The notes beneath the pieces are model-generated. The model ran no database searches. It was not told the DNA's origin and saw nothing but the letters and a program-made list of their open reading frames with translations. A stretch of DNA of 63,967 nt, filler included, from Octopus bimaculoides (lineage: Eukaryota), in assembly GCF_001194135.2 (NCBI RefSeq). It is 7 parts of 7 records of this genome, joined end to end, with 100 filler letters (N's around TTAATTAATTAA, not from the genome) between each part and the next. Parts side by side here need not be neighbours in the genome. Positions count along the whole stretch, not along the records: positions 23,008 to 30,650 come from NC_068981.1; positions 30,751 to 51,229 come from NC_068995.1; 5 more parts are not named here. The stretch is one strand, 5' to 3'. Every line of letters begins with the position of its first letter. Within the stretch, counting starts at the first letter, position 1. Shown in pieces: positions 26,493-37,540 of this stretch. A program made the position numbers and the translations under genes.

Positions 26493-27011
26493 CACACATA
26501 TATGTACATACTTACATCTACATATATATTTGTGTACTGTATATGCAGACGATTGAGTGTATATATATGTATGTGTATGTGAATATATGCGTGAATGTGA
26601 TGTATATGCATATGTGTGTGTGAGTATTTCTGAGTGTGTACTTGCGTGTAATATGCACATCTATGTATTTGTGTATATGGCTGTATCTGCGTGTATGTAT
26701 ATGCGTTTAAGTAAGGCTGGATGTGCATATAATTAGACATACGTGCATGCATATGTGTGCGCATATAGATATGTGGGGATGCATTTATGCATTATGTGCA
26801 TGTATGTGTAAGCTTGTTTATGTGTGTGTATAGTTTTATAGGTGTAAGTGAAGAAAGAGAAAGAAAGAAGCTGTGTGTGAGAGAGAGAGAGAGGGTGGAG
26901 CAGAGATGACAGAATGGTAAACAACCGCCTAAAAGAAAAATGAAGTATTAAATAAACAGCGGTGTTGTGATTGTAAACAGAAATGAGACGCGGATGAAAG
27001 AGGAGCAAGGA

Positions 27012-27101
<90 letters not shown>

Positions 27102-27182
27102 AGGCTTGTTTTAGGAGAGATACAATAGTGGTAGGAGGAAGGGGAGATGGGAGAGAAGAACGAAAGGCACACAGTGTGTGTT

Positions 27183-27214
<32 letters not shown>

Positions 27215-27224
27215 TGTGTGCGTG

Positions 27225-27535
27225 TGTCACACTGAATCTCCCTGAGAATTATGTTAAGGGAGAACGCGCGTTAGTTTCAAGAGCAGGCTGTTGATCGGAT
27301 CAACTGGAACTCTCGTCGTCATAACCGACGGAGTGCCAATATATATATATATATATGCGTGAGCGTGTATTCCTCAATTCATTTAATGCTTTACTGGTTT
27401 CAACCATTGAACTTCGGCCATGCTGGGGCACCGCTTTGAAGGGTTTTAGTCAATCATATTGATCTCAGTATTTCCTACATTCGCTTATTTATTTTATTGA
27501 TCTCTATTTGTTGAACTGCTAGGTAACGGAACCTG
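27225..27535. mobile_element. SINE D tail fragment (+, 27225-27340) and SINE A tail fragment (-, 27380-27535)
   Basis: Similarity to 57465-57845 and to family A tails. Confidence 0.65.
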
Positions 27536-27605
27536 AAGAGATACATGGGCAATCTCAGGTCTTACACCATGAGCGCAGACATAGACACAGATGCATATAA
27601 GAATG

Positions 27606-27690
<85 letters not shown>

Positions 27691-27959
27691 GGTGATTTAA
27701 TTGACCAGTAAAGCTATATGTGCAGAATCTAAGAGAAAATATCACATATTTCAATGATATCTCTTGACGAAACGGTTTATTCATCACATTTAAGTGAATT
27801 ATATCAATAACATAATCATGTAAATGATAGTGTTATAGTCACAACGTTGAAACAGCTGTAGAGCTGAATTAAGTTGTGTGTGTGTGTATCAAGGAGCTGA
27901 AAGGGGATTCAGGAATTCAGGAAGTTACTCCTCAGTCAGCACTGCTCTATGCTTGTAGC

Positions 27960-28470
27960 GGGAGAGTAAGCGTTAATAGATCTCCGCTCAGTTGCGCTTA
28001 TGGGCTACGGTAACGTTTCTTGGTACTCATCTTGCAGACTTTACTGAAGCGAAGATTGTCGTGGATTATTTCGTATGCAGAACCATGGCTAATAAGTAGA
28101 GAACACGCCACCTTATCGATGATCGCCCGTCGATTTGCCAGAAGCATTTCTCGAACTTCTCGAATCTTCAGATCATTGGTGGAGGTTGATAGACATTTTG
28201 GTTCCTCTTCGTGCTTCCTGCTTTTCCAGTCATTTTTAAACTTCGCGATCCACTCATACAAACTTGCAAACGGTAGAGCGCTGTCTTGTATTGGAAGCCT
28301 GCGATGAATTTCGGTCTCTCACACACCTTCAGACCAGCGGATCTGTAGGTTTCCTCTGTAACACAAGAAAGAAAATTGGAGTGATGAAGTTCAAACCTCG
28401 GAGAAGCAGGATTTGTAACGAATATCAATTATCACATCTAACATATATTGGATTTGTTGTTTAGAACACT
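27960..28470 (-). mobile_element. Mariner transposase N-terminal (HTH) remnant
   Basis: YEWIAKFKND...STSTNDLKIREVREMLLANRR...ISHGSAYEIIHDNLRFSKVC. Confidence 0.88.
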
Positions 28471-28519
28471 TTAGGACGCCAGAGGCTGCTTCTGTTGCTA
28501 ATAACAAAGTTATTCACAG

Positions 28520-28790
28520 CCAGTCACCTTTTCGCGGCATCACTGGTTGTTTGGCCACTGCTATACCATACCGGTTTCACTGATTCTCAACCTGGCATTC
28601 AGCACTTGACCACCTACTGCTGATGATCCACAACTTACTGTGAAATCACCTGATGCAGTTGTGCGATCCACTGGTGGTGACGAAAATTTCACCAGCCGAT
28701 AGAGTCTGTGCTTTTTAGCATTTGTCATCAACACAACATGATTTTTCAAGACGTTCGCCGCAGTCTGAGGCGTTCTAAACAACCCATCCA
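28520..28790 (+). mobile_element. Possible decayed DNA-transposase fragment (CACTA-like), tentative
   Basis: GC-richer unique block; broken peptides SPFRGITG..PYRFH and DFSRRSPQS loosely recall EnSpm motifs. Confidence 0.2.
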
Positions 28791-28881
28791 ATTTTGGTTG
28801 GATGTGCGAATTAATGTGTGTGTGCGTGCGTGCGTGCGTGCGTGCGTGCTGTGTGCATGTGTTTGTGTGCTTGCGTTTGCT

Positions 28882-29103
28882 TATGAGAGGATGCTGAAAA
28901 GTTCTTGGCTTTGTGTAAAGGAAAATACAGGAGGATCAGTTAATTATGATTTTATTCAACATATTCCCCTCTCAGATTCACACACTTTTTGCAGCGGTCC
29001 TTCAGTTTTTCTAAGCCTCGTAAAAAGAACTCTGAAGATTGGACCTCCAATCAGGCCTATCACGGTACCCTTAACACCAGGATCTTTTCAGCTCCCCATC
29101 GTA
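28882..29103. mobile_element. Complete 222-bp mariner MITE
   Basis: TIRs TAtgagaggatgctgaaaagttcttgg / ccaggatcttttcagctccccatcgTA with TA ends. Confidence 0.88.
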
Positions 29104-29514
29104 TATATTAATGCTGGGTTTTATGTCATGTTATATAGAATATTAAAAGATAATATATAACATTACAATTTAGTAGAATAAATCTTTTAAAATTTTACAA
29201 GGAAAAGTTTAACAGTAACTTCGAAATTTCAGGTTGTTCGCCTCCGTCAGACAGTGTGTCAGTGTCTCCGAAGTACGAGTAAAACGAATGTATTTACAAG
29301 ATGTAGATCCGTGACCGGAATCAGTTTTTATTGATCTCCGCAGATTAGGTGTTGCCAATCAAGAAGGCAGCTAAATTAAATTATTTGAGTTAGCTTGAGT
29401 TAAGCCATTTTATACGATAAGCATAGGGGAGGCAACTCCGGACCTGTTATGGTCTTATTGGGTTTCTTTAGTAAAACTTAGAGTTTACATTATCTTCCGA
29501 AATACAATAATCCT

Positions 29515-29625
29515 TTCTGTTATGGGCACAAGGCCTGATATTTGGCGGGGGGAGTGGACCAGTCGATTAGATCGACCCCAGTACTCAACTGGTACTTAAT
29601 TTATCGACCACGAAAGGATCTTCCG
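29515..29625 (-). mobile_element. SINE B 3' fragment
   Basis: gtcgattagatcgaccccagtactcaactggtacttaatttatcgac core. Confidence 0.75.
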
Positions 29626-29905
29626 AAGTACAATAATGTTAATACTAACTTCACTGTTGATTTTTCAAGCGGTGAAGCGATGGGTGAAAAGAGAAGAAAT
29701 AGGGAGAGTGGAGGAGAGAGACAAAGAGTAGAGGAGAGAGAGTAGACGAGAGAGAGAGAAGGAGAGAGAGAGAAGGAGAGAGAGAGAAGGAGAGAGAGAA
29801 GGAGAGAGAGAGGAGAGAGAATAGTAAACAGCAAGTTAATAAGAAAGTGAAAGTTTTGTTGTGTTTGAAAACAGATGAGACAATAACGGTGGTGGGGATG
29901 TGTCT

Positions 29906-29937
<32 letters not shown>

Positions 29938-30244
29938 AAATAAAGAGATTGAAAGAGATATTGTCTGAGAGAGAGAGAGAAAGAAAGAAGGAGAGCAGTG
30001 GGAGGTGTGTTGTTTTAGGAGAGACGCAATGGTGGTAGGAGGAAGGGGAGTTGGACAGGGGCGGAATGAGATGGAACATGGACAATGAATATGCATTACG
30101 TATGTATGTGTGCGCGGGTGTTTATGTGTTTGAGTCTATGCGTTTGTGTGCGGTGTGTGTAAACGCGTGTGCTTACGTATGTGTACGTGTGTCATTCTGT
30201 GTGCATTTGTTTTGTATGCGCATATGTATGCGCATGTACTCTTT

Positions 30245-30440
30245 TATTTTTTCTTTCAGTGATTTGACTGCGGCCATGCTGGAGCACCGCTTTTAGTTGA
30301 ACAAATCGACCCCAGGACTTATTCTTTGCAAGCCTAGTATTTATTCTATCGGGATTTTTTGCCGAACCGCTAAGTTACGGAGACGTAAACACACTAACAT
30401 CGGTTGTCAAGCGATGGTGGGGAAACAAACACAGACACAC
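30245..30440 (-). mobile_element. SINE A tail half
   Basis: tttgactgcggccatgctggagcaccgc...gccgaaccgctaagttacgg. Confidence 0.85.
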
Positions 30441-30441
30441 A

Positions 30442-30473
<32 letters not shown>

Positions 30474-30480
30474 CTTCATC

Positions 30481-30650
30481 TAAACGCAGCAGAAATATAA
30501 CAAAAGACTGTTACTCTGAGTTTCACGTTCCCGTTCATCGGATAGTTAAAACTGTCCGATGAACAGGAACGTGAAACTCAGAGTAAGTCTTTTGTCATAT
30601 TTCTGCTGCTTTTAAATAAAGCATATTACCCTACCTCTGGTATTTGAGTA
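30481..30650. mobile_element. Fold-back element: 67-bp inverted repeat, each arm carrying an HHR-like motif
   Basis: Arms 30481-30547 and 30550-30614; arm consensus actgt-CCGATGA-acg.ggaa.cgt-GAAA-ctc.a.gag-TA-acagt. Confidence 0.75.
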
Positions 30651-30750
30651 NNNNNNNNNNNNNNNNNNNNNNNNNNNNNNNNNNNNNNNNNNNNTTAATT
30701 AATTAANNNNNNNNNNNNNNNNNNNNNNNNNNNNNNNNNNNNNNNNNNNN

Positions 30751-30781
<31 letters not shown>

Positions 30782-31452
30782 GCGCCCTTTTAAAGCCTAG
30801 CCAGGCTCATGGGCCCAGTTATATATGTTATTTCATTTTATTTTACTTTACTTTTTCATTCTGCTCCGATCAAGAGAAGTGTGTTACTATTTCATTGTAA
30901 GACTCTAATCCCTCTACCGCTTACGTAGTCCTTTATAAATGTAGTGTTTGCTCTATCGACAATGAACAAATAAAGTTCAAATTTCTCTCCCCGTCCGCTA
31001 GAACTAAGTGAAAATACTTCACAGAAAAAAAAAAAGAGTAAGAAGAAAAAAAAAAAAAAAAAAAAAAGAAGATATCTCTAATTTCTAAATATGTTAAAAC
31101 TTAGCGCAGTAATGAAAATCCACTTTTAACCCCTCGTTGTGAGATATTCAACCGAAAATTGAGAATTATATCTCGGTACTTGTAACTTAAATCAACAGTA
31201 ACAGTTATTAATACTGATGATTTAATTATTATGAGACAGGATTAGTATAAATACACGACATCAAGGTAACAGCGATAGGCGAACAACTTGTACGGTCGTT
31301 ATGTGTGACTACACACACACACTCACACGTATATAAATACATAAAAATAGGAAAAATATATACAGGAAAATAGAACGAAAGTGAATTAGACGTAGATATT
31401 GTATATTTTAGACGTACATACTACACACTCACACGTGTATATATGTATATAT

Positions 31453-31528
<76 letters not shown>

Positions 31529-31574
31529 GCATATATACATATATATGTTGATACACATCATACATATGCATATG

Positions 31575-31955
31575 TACTCTGTGGTATTCGAATGTTCCCG
31601 GACCACTCCTAAAATAGCGGAGAATATTCCAGCACATAACGCATTTCTCATATTACTTCTACTTTCATACAATCTCATTTAAAGCAGCCGTCTTGGGAAT
31701 GCACACACCCATCCCAATGCGTCTTCCAAGTCTCAGAACTATCGCGGAAGTCCACCCAATGCTGCTTCTGATGCGGTTTGTATTTCATCAACTGTCTGGA
31801 AGTCACTTTCCGTTCCGACTTCATTCTGGGAAAACACGGCAAAGTCGCAGAAAGTGTACGAAGGATATGGAACTACTTAACTTGATAGCAACGCAATTCA
31901 TGTTCAGATTTTCAGTGAGAATTTCCTCCCAGACTTTGAAATCGATTCCATTCAT
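31575..31955 (-). mobile_element. Internally deleted mariner remnant
   Basis: ILTENLNMNCVAIK (cf. ILTEDLGMRRVAAK) followed by CDFAVF..DFQTVDEIQTASEA..WDGCVHSQ-like C-terminus. Confidence 0.7.
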
Positions 31956-31960
31956 AGGCA

Positions 31961-32111
31961 CAGGTGTGGTAAGAAACTTGCTTCCCAACCACATGGTTGC
32001 GGGCTCAGTCCCACTGCGTGGATCCTTGTGCAAGTGTCTTCTACTATAACCTCGGGCCCACCAAGACCTTGTGAGTAGATTTGGTAGACGGAAACTGAAA
32101 TAAGACCGTCG

Positions 32112-32113
<2 letters not shown>
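31961..32113 (+). mobile_element. SINE A head
   Basis: gtgtggtaagaaacttgcttcccaaccacatgg...gacggaaactgaaa. Confidence 0.88.
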
Positions 32114-32146
<33 letters not shown>

Positions 32147-32179
32147 TTATCTCTCTATCTATCTAGCTGTGATAGGGCA

Positions 32180-32251
<72 letters not shown>

Positions 32252-32253
32252 TA

Positions 32254-32408
32254 TACGAAGGGCTTCTTTCAGTTTCTGTATGTGAAATTCACATTCGTGA
32301 GTCTTTAGTCAGCTTGAGACTATAATAGAGGACACTTGCCCAAGGTGTCACGCAGTGGGACTGAACCCGAAACGATGTGATTGGAAACCAGCTTATCACA
32401 TAGCCACA
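32254..32408 (-). mobile_element. SINE A head, inverted relative to 31961-32113
   Basis: Reverse-complement match to family A. Confidence 0.85.
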
Positions 32409-32515
32409 ACTTTGTGTAAGCATCTCATATAATACTTGTAATACTTTAAAACGTAACAAAAATCTTAGCCGCCAGTTGGCTAAGCATCTCTTATACTGCT
32501 TATAATAGTTTAAAA

Positions 32516-33043
32516 CAGGGATGGGGAGACCCCTGCCCGCGGGCGCAATTACGCTCGCGAGCACATTTTATTGCGCCCGCAGGCTGATATACTCGTATGT
32601 ACAAAATATAAATTTTTAAATTATAAAATCAATACGACATTCGTATGTCTATTTGTGACACAGGTCGCCTTTCTGCTACGACTTGAAACGGTGAGACTCG
32701 AACAGAAAATCGTCCGGTAATTGCCATTTAAATGGAAATTTGTTTTCACTATAAAACACATATTACTAGGTTTGTACCACCCCCTTGAGACCCAACTACA
32801 CTCTTGCTGGAAAATATAGAATACCTCATAAGTAATATAAACATCCTAAATTAAGTGGCGGCGTTAATGAAGATGTTACGCGTTAGTTTAATGTGTTAAA
32901 CTTATCTTTATTAATGTATATCAAATTATACATAGATATATACAAGATTTACACAGATATAAGAGTTGGAACTTGTGATCCACCCGCAGTCCTTTTTCTT
33001 TGGAAATTTTTGCTCGCCGCACTAAAAAGTTTCCCCACCCCTG
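32516..33043. mobile_element. hAT (Charlie-like) MITE, 528 bp
   Basis: TIRs cagggatggggagac / gtttccccacccctg; 8-bp TSD gtttaaaa / ctttaaaa. Confidence 0.88.
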
Positions 33044-33519
33044 CTTTAAAACATAGCAAAAATCTTATTCGTCATTCGCAAGTGAGAATGATCAGAAGTT
33101 TGTACCATACTTTCGCTAATTGCTAAAGCTGCATATATTGTCGCGAATAGAAACGGACGTTTTTTCAACTGTCTCATCCTTCCCGTGGCAGAACTGCGAA
33201 ACTGTGATAGCTTAAGGGAAAGAACAGCTGTTCCAGCTCTCGGTTGGGGATTTATTTTCCGCTAAAGACGCTGGAGGAATGGGAAATGAGGCGCCCTGCG
33301 AAAGAAAACACATTTCCTCTCAATCCAAGAATTGAACTCGCGATCTTATTGATCGTGTGATAAACGCCCTATTCACATGCTAAAACAAATATAAGATAAA
33401 AATAAAAGGATCCTCTGATGAGGCGATACTCGTACTATGATAGTGTAGGCATCGTGGGAATTTTAACAAAAGCATGCTAACATGTTTTAATTAATAAATA
33501 TGACATTATAAGTCAGTGT

Positions 33520-34050
33520 CAAGCTGGCGGAATCGTCAGCACACCGGGCAAAATGCTTAGCGACATTTTCTCTGTCTTTACGTTCTGGTTTCAAATTTCC
33601 CTGAGGTCCATTTTGTTTTTCGTCCTTTTGGGGTCGATGAAACAATTACCAGTCAAGTATTGGGGTCGATGTCATCGACCTGCTCCTCCGCTGAACTTGC
33701 TGGCTTTGAACCAAAATTTGAAATCTATGAAATATTTCTTCGTCTCACGGTCGTAAGTTCGATCCCTGGCGGCACGATGTGTCATTGAGTAAGATACTTT
33801 ATTTCACATAAAGTACTTTATTTCTCTAATCCACCTCAGTACTTTATTTCACCTCAGCTGGCAAAAATGAGTAGTACCTGTATTGCAAAGAGCCAGCCTT
33901 GTCACACCCTGTGTGACACCGAATCTCCCTGAGAACTACGTTAAGGGTACATGTGTCTAGAGTGCTTAGCCACTTGCACATTAATTTCACGAGCAGGCTG
34001 TTCCGTTGACCGGATCAACTAGAACCCACGTCGTTACCGATGGAGTGCCA
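33520..34050 (+). mobile_element. SINE B (33520-33725) followed by a SINE with D-type tail (33735-34050)
   Basis: gctggcggaatcgtcagcacaccggg...; gttcgatccc head and gccagccttgtcaca...gatggagtgcca tail. Confidence 0.8.
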
Positions 34051-34384
34051 CTTTTTTTTTTAATATAACGTTATTTTGATATACAAAACAATTAAATATA
34101 ATTTTTATGAAATTCCAAAATATCACCTGGGGTAGTTAAATTAACATTTCTAATTAAGTAAATTAATTTGCCAGCCCGTTCCCTAAGTTGCGCTGGAGAA
34201 ACATTTATGGAATTTGTTTGCTTCCGGCTGATCTCAAAATGGTAAATGAAGATACATCCAGAAAAATTACAACGCATAGATCTACGTACGTGGCTTGTCT
34301 AATGTGACTCGGAGTATCAGCAGAGAAAAATGTCACTTTTTCAGTAAGTAAATTTACATCTCAGGGCTGCAAGATGCACACCAC

Positions 34385-34690
34385 TCAGTGGTTGAAGCGT
34401 CGAGCTTACAATCATGAAGTTGTGAGTTCGATTCTCAGACCGAACTGTGTTGTGTTCTTGAGCAAGACACTTTATTTTACGTTACTTCAGTTCACTCATA
34501 TGTAGAAACGAATTGCGACGTCACTGGTTTTCAAGCTGTATCGGCCTTTGCCGTTCTCTTGGATAACATCCGTGGCGTGGAGACGGGAGGCTGGTATGCA
34601 TGGGCGACTGTTGGTCTGCCATAAACAACCTTGCCCAGACTTGTGCAATCCCATGGTCATTCATAACCAAAGGGGGATTTTTGTGAAGGC
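34385..34690 (+). mobile_element. SINE family C, near full length
   Basis: cagtggttgaagcg...gagttcgattctc...ttgagcaagacactttatt...cataaacaaccttgccc. Confidence 0.8.
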
Positions 34691-35064
34691 GCATGACTCA
34701 GGGGTTAGGGCTTGTGTTTGTAGACATGTATGTATGTATGTATGTATGTATGTATGTATGTATGTATGTATGTATGCATGTATTATGTGTCTCTCTCTTG
34801 TTTAAAAATTGGATGATTCTGCAGTGTATCTATGTCTGCATATGACCTCACAGGCACCTACAACAATTAGCAAAAGCATGGTACATGTTACCAAGTTATG
34901 CTCGTTTGCGGGTGACGGCCGGCTCTTACTCTAACGAACTCCATATAAGTTGCTGAAGAGTTTATAATGATGTGCGCAGTCATACGCGCGCGCGCACACA
35001 CCACCTGATATTTATATATTATTTTTCTTTTTTCCTATCTTTTACTTGTTTCAGTCTATATATA

Positions 35065-35181
35065 TGATAGGCTTCTTTCAGTTTCCGTCTACCAAATCCA
35101 CTCACAAGGCTTTGGTCGGGTCGCAGGTGCCACGCAGTACGACTGAACTCGGAACCATGTAGTTGAGAAGCAAATCTCTTA

Positions 35182-35233
<52 letters not shown>

Positions 35234-35505
35234 GTTTACTGCTATATACACATATATACACACACACACATTATTTATATTTTCTTCTATCTTTTACTTG
35301 CTTCGTTCATTAAAGTGCGACCATGCTGGGGCACCGCCTTGAAGAAGTATAAGTATATATGACAGGCTTCTTTCAGTTTCCGTCTACCAAATCCTCTTAT
35401 AAGGCTTTGGTTTGCCCGAGGCTATTGTAGAAGACTCTTGCCCAAGGTTACACGCAGTGGTACCGAACCCGGAACCATGTGGTTGAGAAACCAGCTTCTT
35501 ACCAC
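35065..35505 (-). mobile_element. Two SINE A copies (35065-35185 and 35290-35505)
   Basis: ggcttctttcagtttccgtctaccaaatcc in both. Confidence 0.85.
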
Positions 35506-36568
35506 ACACACACACACACGCGCGCACACAAATTCACATATGCACATATATATATATATATATACATTCTAAGAAGTGTGTTTTTGTTTTATTGGCCAAT
35601 GTCTTTATTGTTGTTATGATGTTTTGATCATCTTTGGTGTGTTTTTTTATTGGGTCTTCCTATCCTCTACCGCATTTTCCCGTTTGGTTCGAGCTTCAAC
35701 CTGATCACTTAACCAGCATGAAAGAGCAGCTCAAATCTCCTTCAAATCCAGCTTTACTAAATGTTGTTATTGGCATACAGAAACATGAGATGCATTTTTG
35801 ATTGTTGGTCTGCTGGGTCAGGACTGATTTCAAGATAAAAAAACAATATCACCAATATCGTAAGAACTTATTGAAAACATTCCTGGCGTAGAACATAATA
35901 TTTTTGGCGTAGATAACAACTGGAATATCAAAGCAACTTCAGAGCAGCTTTCTGAAGATTCTACATCTCATTCATTTCATATCACTCTTGTATCCCATGG
36001 CAGGGTGGGATATTCGGCACGATTAAAAGGACAATTTTAATTCGTTCTGTGAAAATTTTCACTCCACCTACACAAAACTATATCAGTTGTTTCTTAAGGT
36101 TTTATCTATAAGATATAAACATTACATTGTAACATATACGTGTTTCATGAAGCGAGCAATGGTTAACCACAAAAATTTACTTCCTAATTCTAGGAATGGG
36201 TGTAATACATACTATACAGCAATGTTTTTTTTTGTCAGCCACCTCTTCAAAATAAAAATAAAAGCGCGAACACAATAATGTAATAAAGTTTTATTATATA
36301 CTAAATGTTAAAAAATACACATCAGTGAGTGGATTTGGTAAACANNNNNNNNNNTATATTTATATGGAATAAATGATGGATTTTTCCCTTATGAGGTTTT
36401 TTCATGCTAACGACTTCATTCTGTTGAGATAGATATAATAAGTATCAGTTAAGCATGTTGTCCGTCGCAGTAACGATTCTAGCAGCACGCTACCTTTGGC
36501 CTTGACACATTTCTTGTGTCCTTATGTTTACAAGGGGGAGCCAGCACCTCCACTCAGCTAAGCCTGCA

Positions 36569-36611
36569 TCCAGAGAAATGTTTCTGAGTCTTTGCTCGTC
36601 ATCAGTCTGGA
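36569..36611 (-). ncRNA. Minimal type-I HHR motif with helix III mutation
   Basis: tccaga-CTGATGA-cgagcaaagactca-GAAA-catt-TC-tctgga; perfect 6-bp helix I; CATG changed to CATT. Confidence 0.72.
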
Positions 36612-36903
36612 GTAGCATGGCCTGCTGGTCGAAGATGCCTGTCAAGCTCTTGCAAACATGAAATACATTCACTGATTTCAAATTTAGAAATAATACATTT
36701 CTAAATCTCTCAGAGAGATTTACGCAGTAGTTATACGATGAAGTAGTTGTATGCTGTCGACTTAATGTGACAGTCCCATGAAGAGAATAATACTACCGTT
36801 GTTTAAACCTAGGAAGCTACACCGCTTCTTGTCGGCCTTGACGCATTTCCTGTGCCCTTATGTTTACAAGGGGGTGGGGCACCTCCACCCAGCTAAGCCT
36901 GCA

Positions 36904-36937
36904 TCCAGAGACATGTTTCTGAGTTTGCTCGTCATCA
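36904..36937 (-). ncRNA. 5'-truncated HHR motif (second monomer)
   Basis: TGATGA-cgagcaaactca-GAAA-CATG-TC-tctgga; lacks C3 and the 5' strand of helix I. Confidence 0.65.
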
Positions 36938-37099
36938 TCCCAGGTCTAAACAATTTCCTAGTTTCCTAGGTCTAAACAACAGTAGTATTATTCCCTTCAT
37001 GGGACTGTCACATTAAGTTGACAGCATACAATTACTTCAACGTAAATCTGCATAAATCTTTCTGAGAGATGTAGAAATGTATTATTTCTAAACGCTACC

Positions 37100-37540
37100 T
37101 TTGGGTTCAAATTTTGGGACGGGGCCAAGAATTTTAAGAAGAGTGGGCAAGTCAATTACATCAGCTGAACTTTATTTCATCGACCCCAAATGGATGAAGG
37201 GCAAAGTCGACCTCAGCAGGACTTGAACTTAAAACGTAAAATTCGGGAACAAACACCGCTATGCATTCGTTTCTGACGAACTAATAATGCTACCAATTCA
37301 CAGAGTTTAGGGTTTGACATTCAACCACAAGGCCAGCAATTTTCAAAGGAAGGGGTTCGTGAAATCACTGACCCTATTCTTTAACTTATATTGTATTTTC
37401 TCGACCCTGGAAGGATGAAAGGCAAAGATGGCTTCGGCGAAAATTGAAATCGGAATATAAAGAGCCGAATACAATACTGCTTTTTACAGTCTAAGTTCAG
37501 ATCCTGCTGACGTCACCTTTGCCTTTCACCCTTCCGGGGC
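37100..37540. mobile_element. Cluster of decayed SINE B fragments
   Basis: ggcaaagtcgacctc / aaggatgaaaggcaaag / ctttgcctttcaccc cores. Confidence 0.75.

Larger units (their letters stand above)
36500..37091 (-). mobile_element. HHR-containing retrozyme-like insertion: ~1.3 tandem monomers (336 bp) plus inverted segment, with 13-bp TSD
   Basis: ggccttgac at 36498 and 36834; 36966-37091 is an inverted copy of ~36684-36812; TSD acgctacctttgg at 36487-36499 and 37092-37104. Confidence 0.88.

Noticed and set aside
33415-33470. CTGATGAG hammerhead-like seed
   Set aside because: No downstream GAAA/UH or helices
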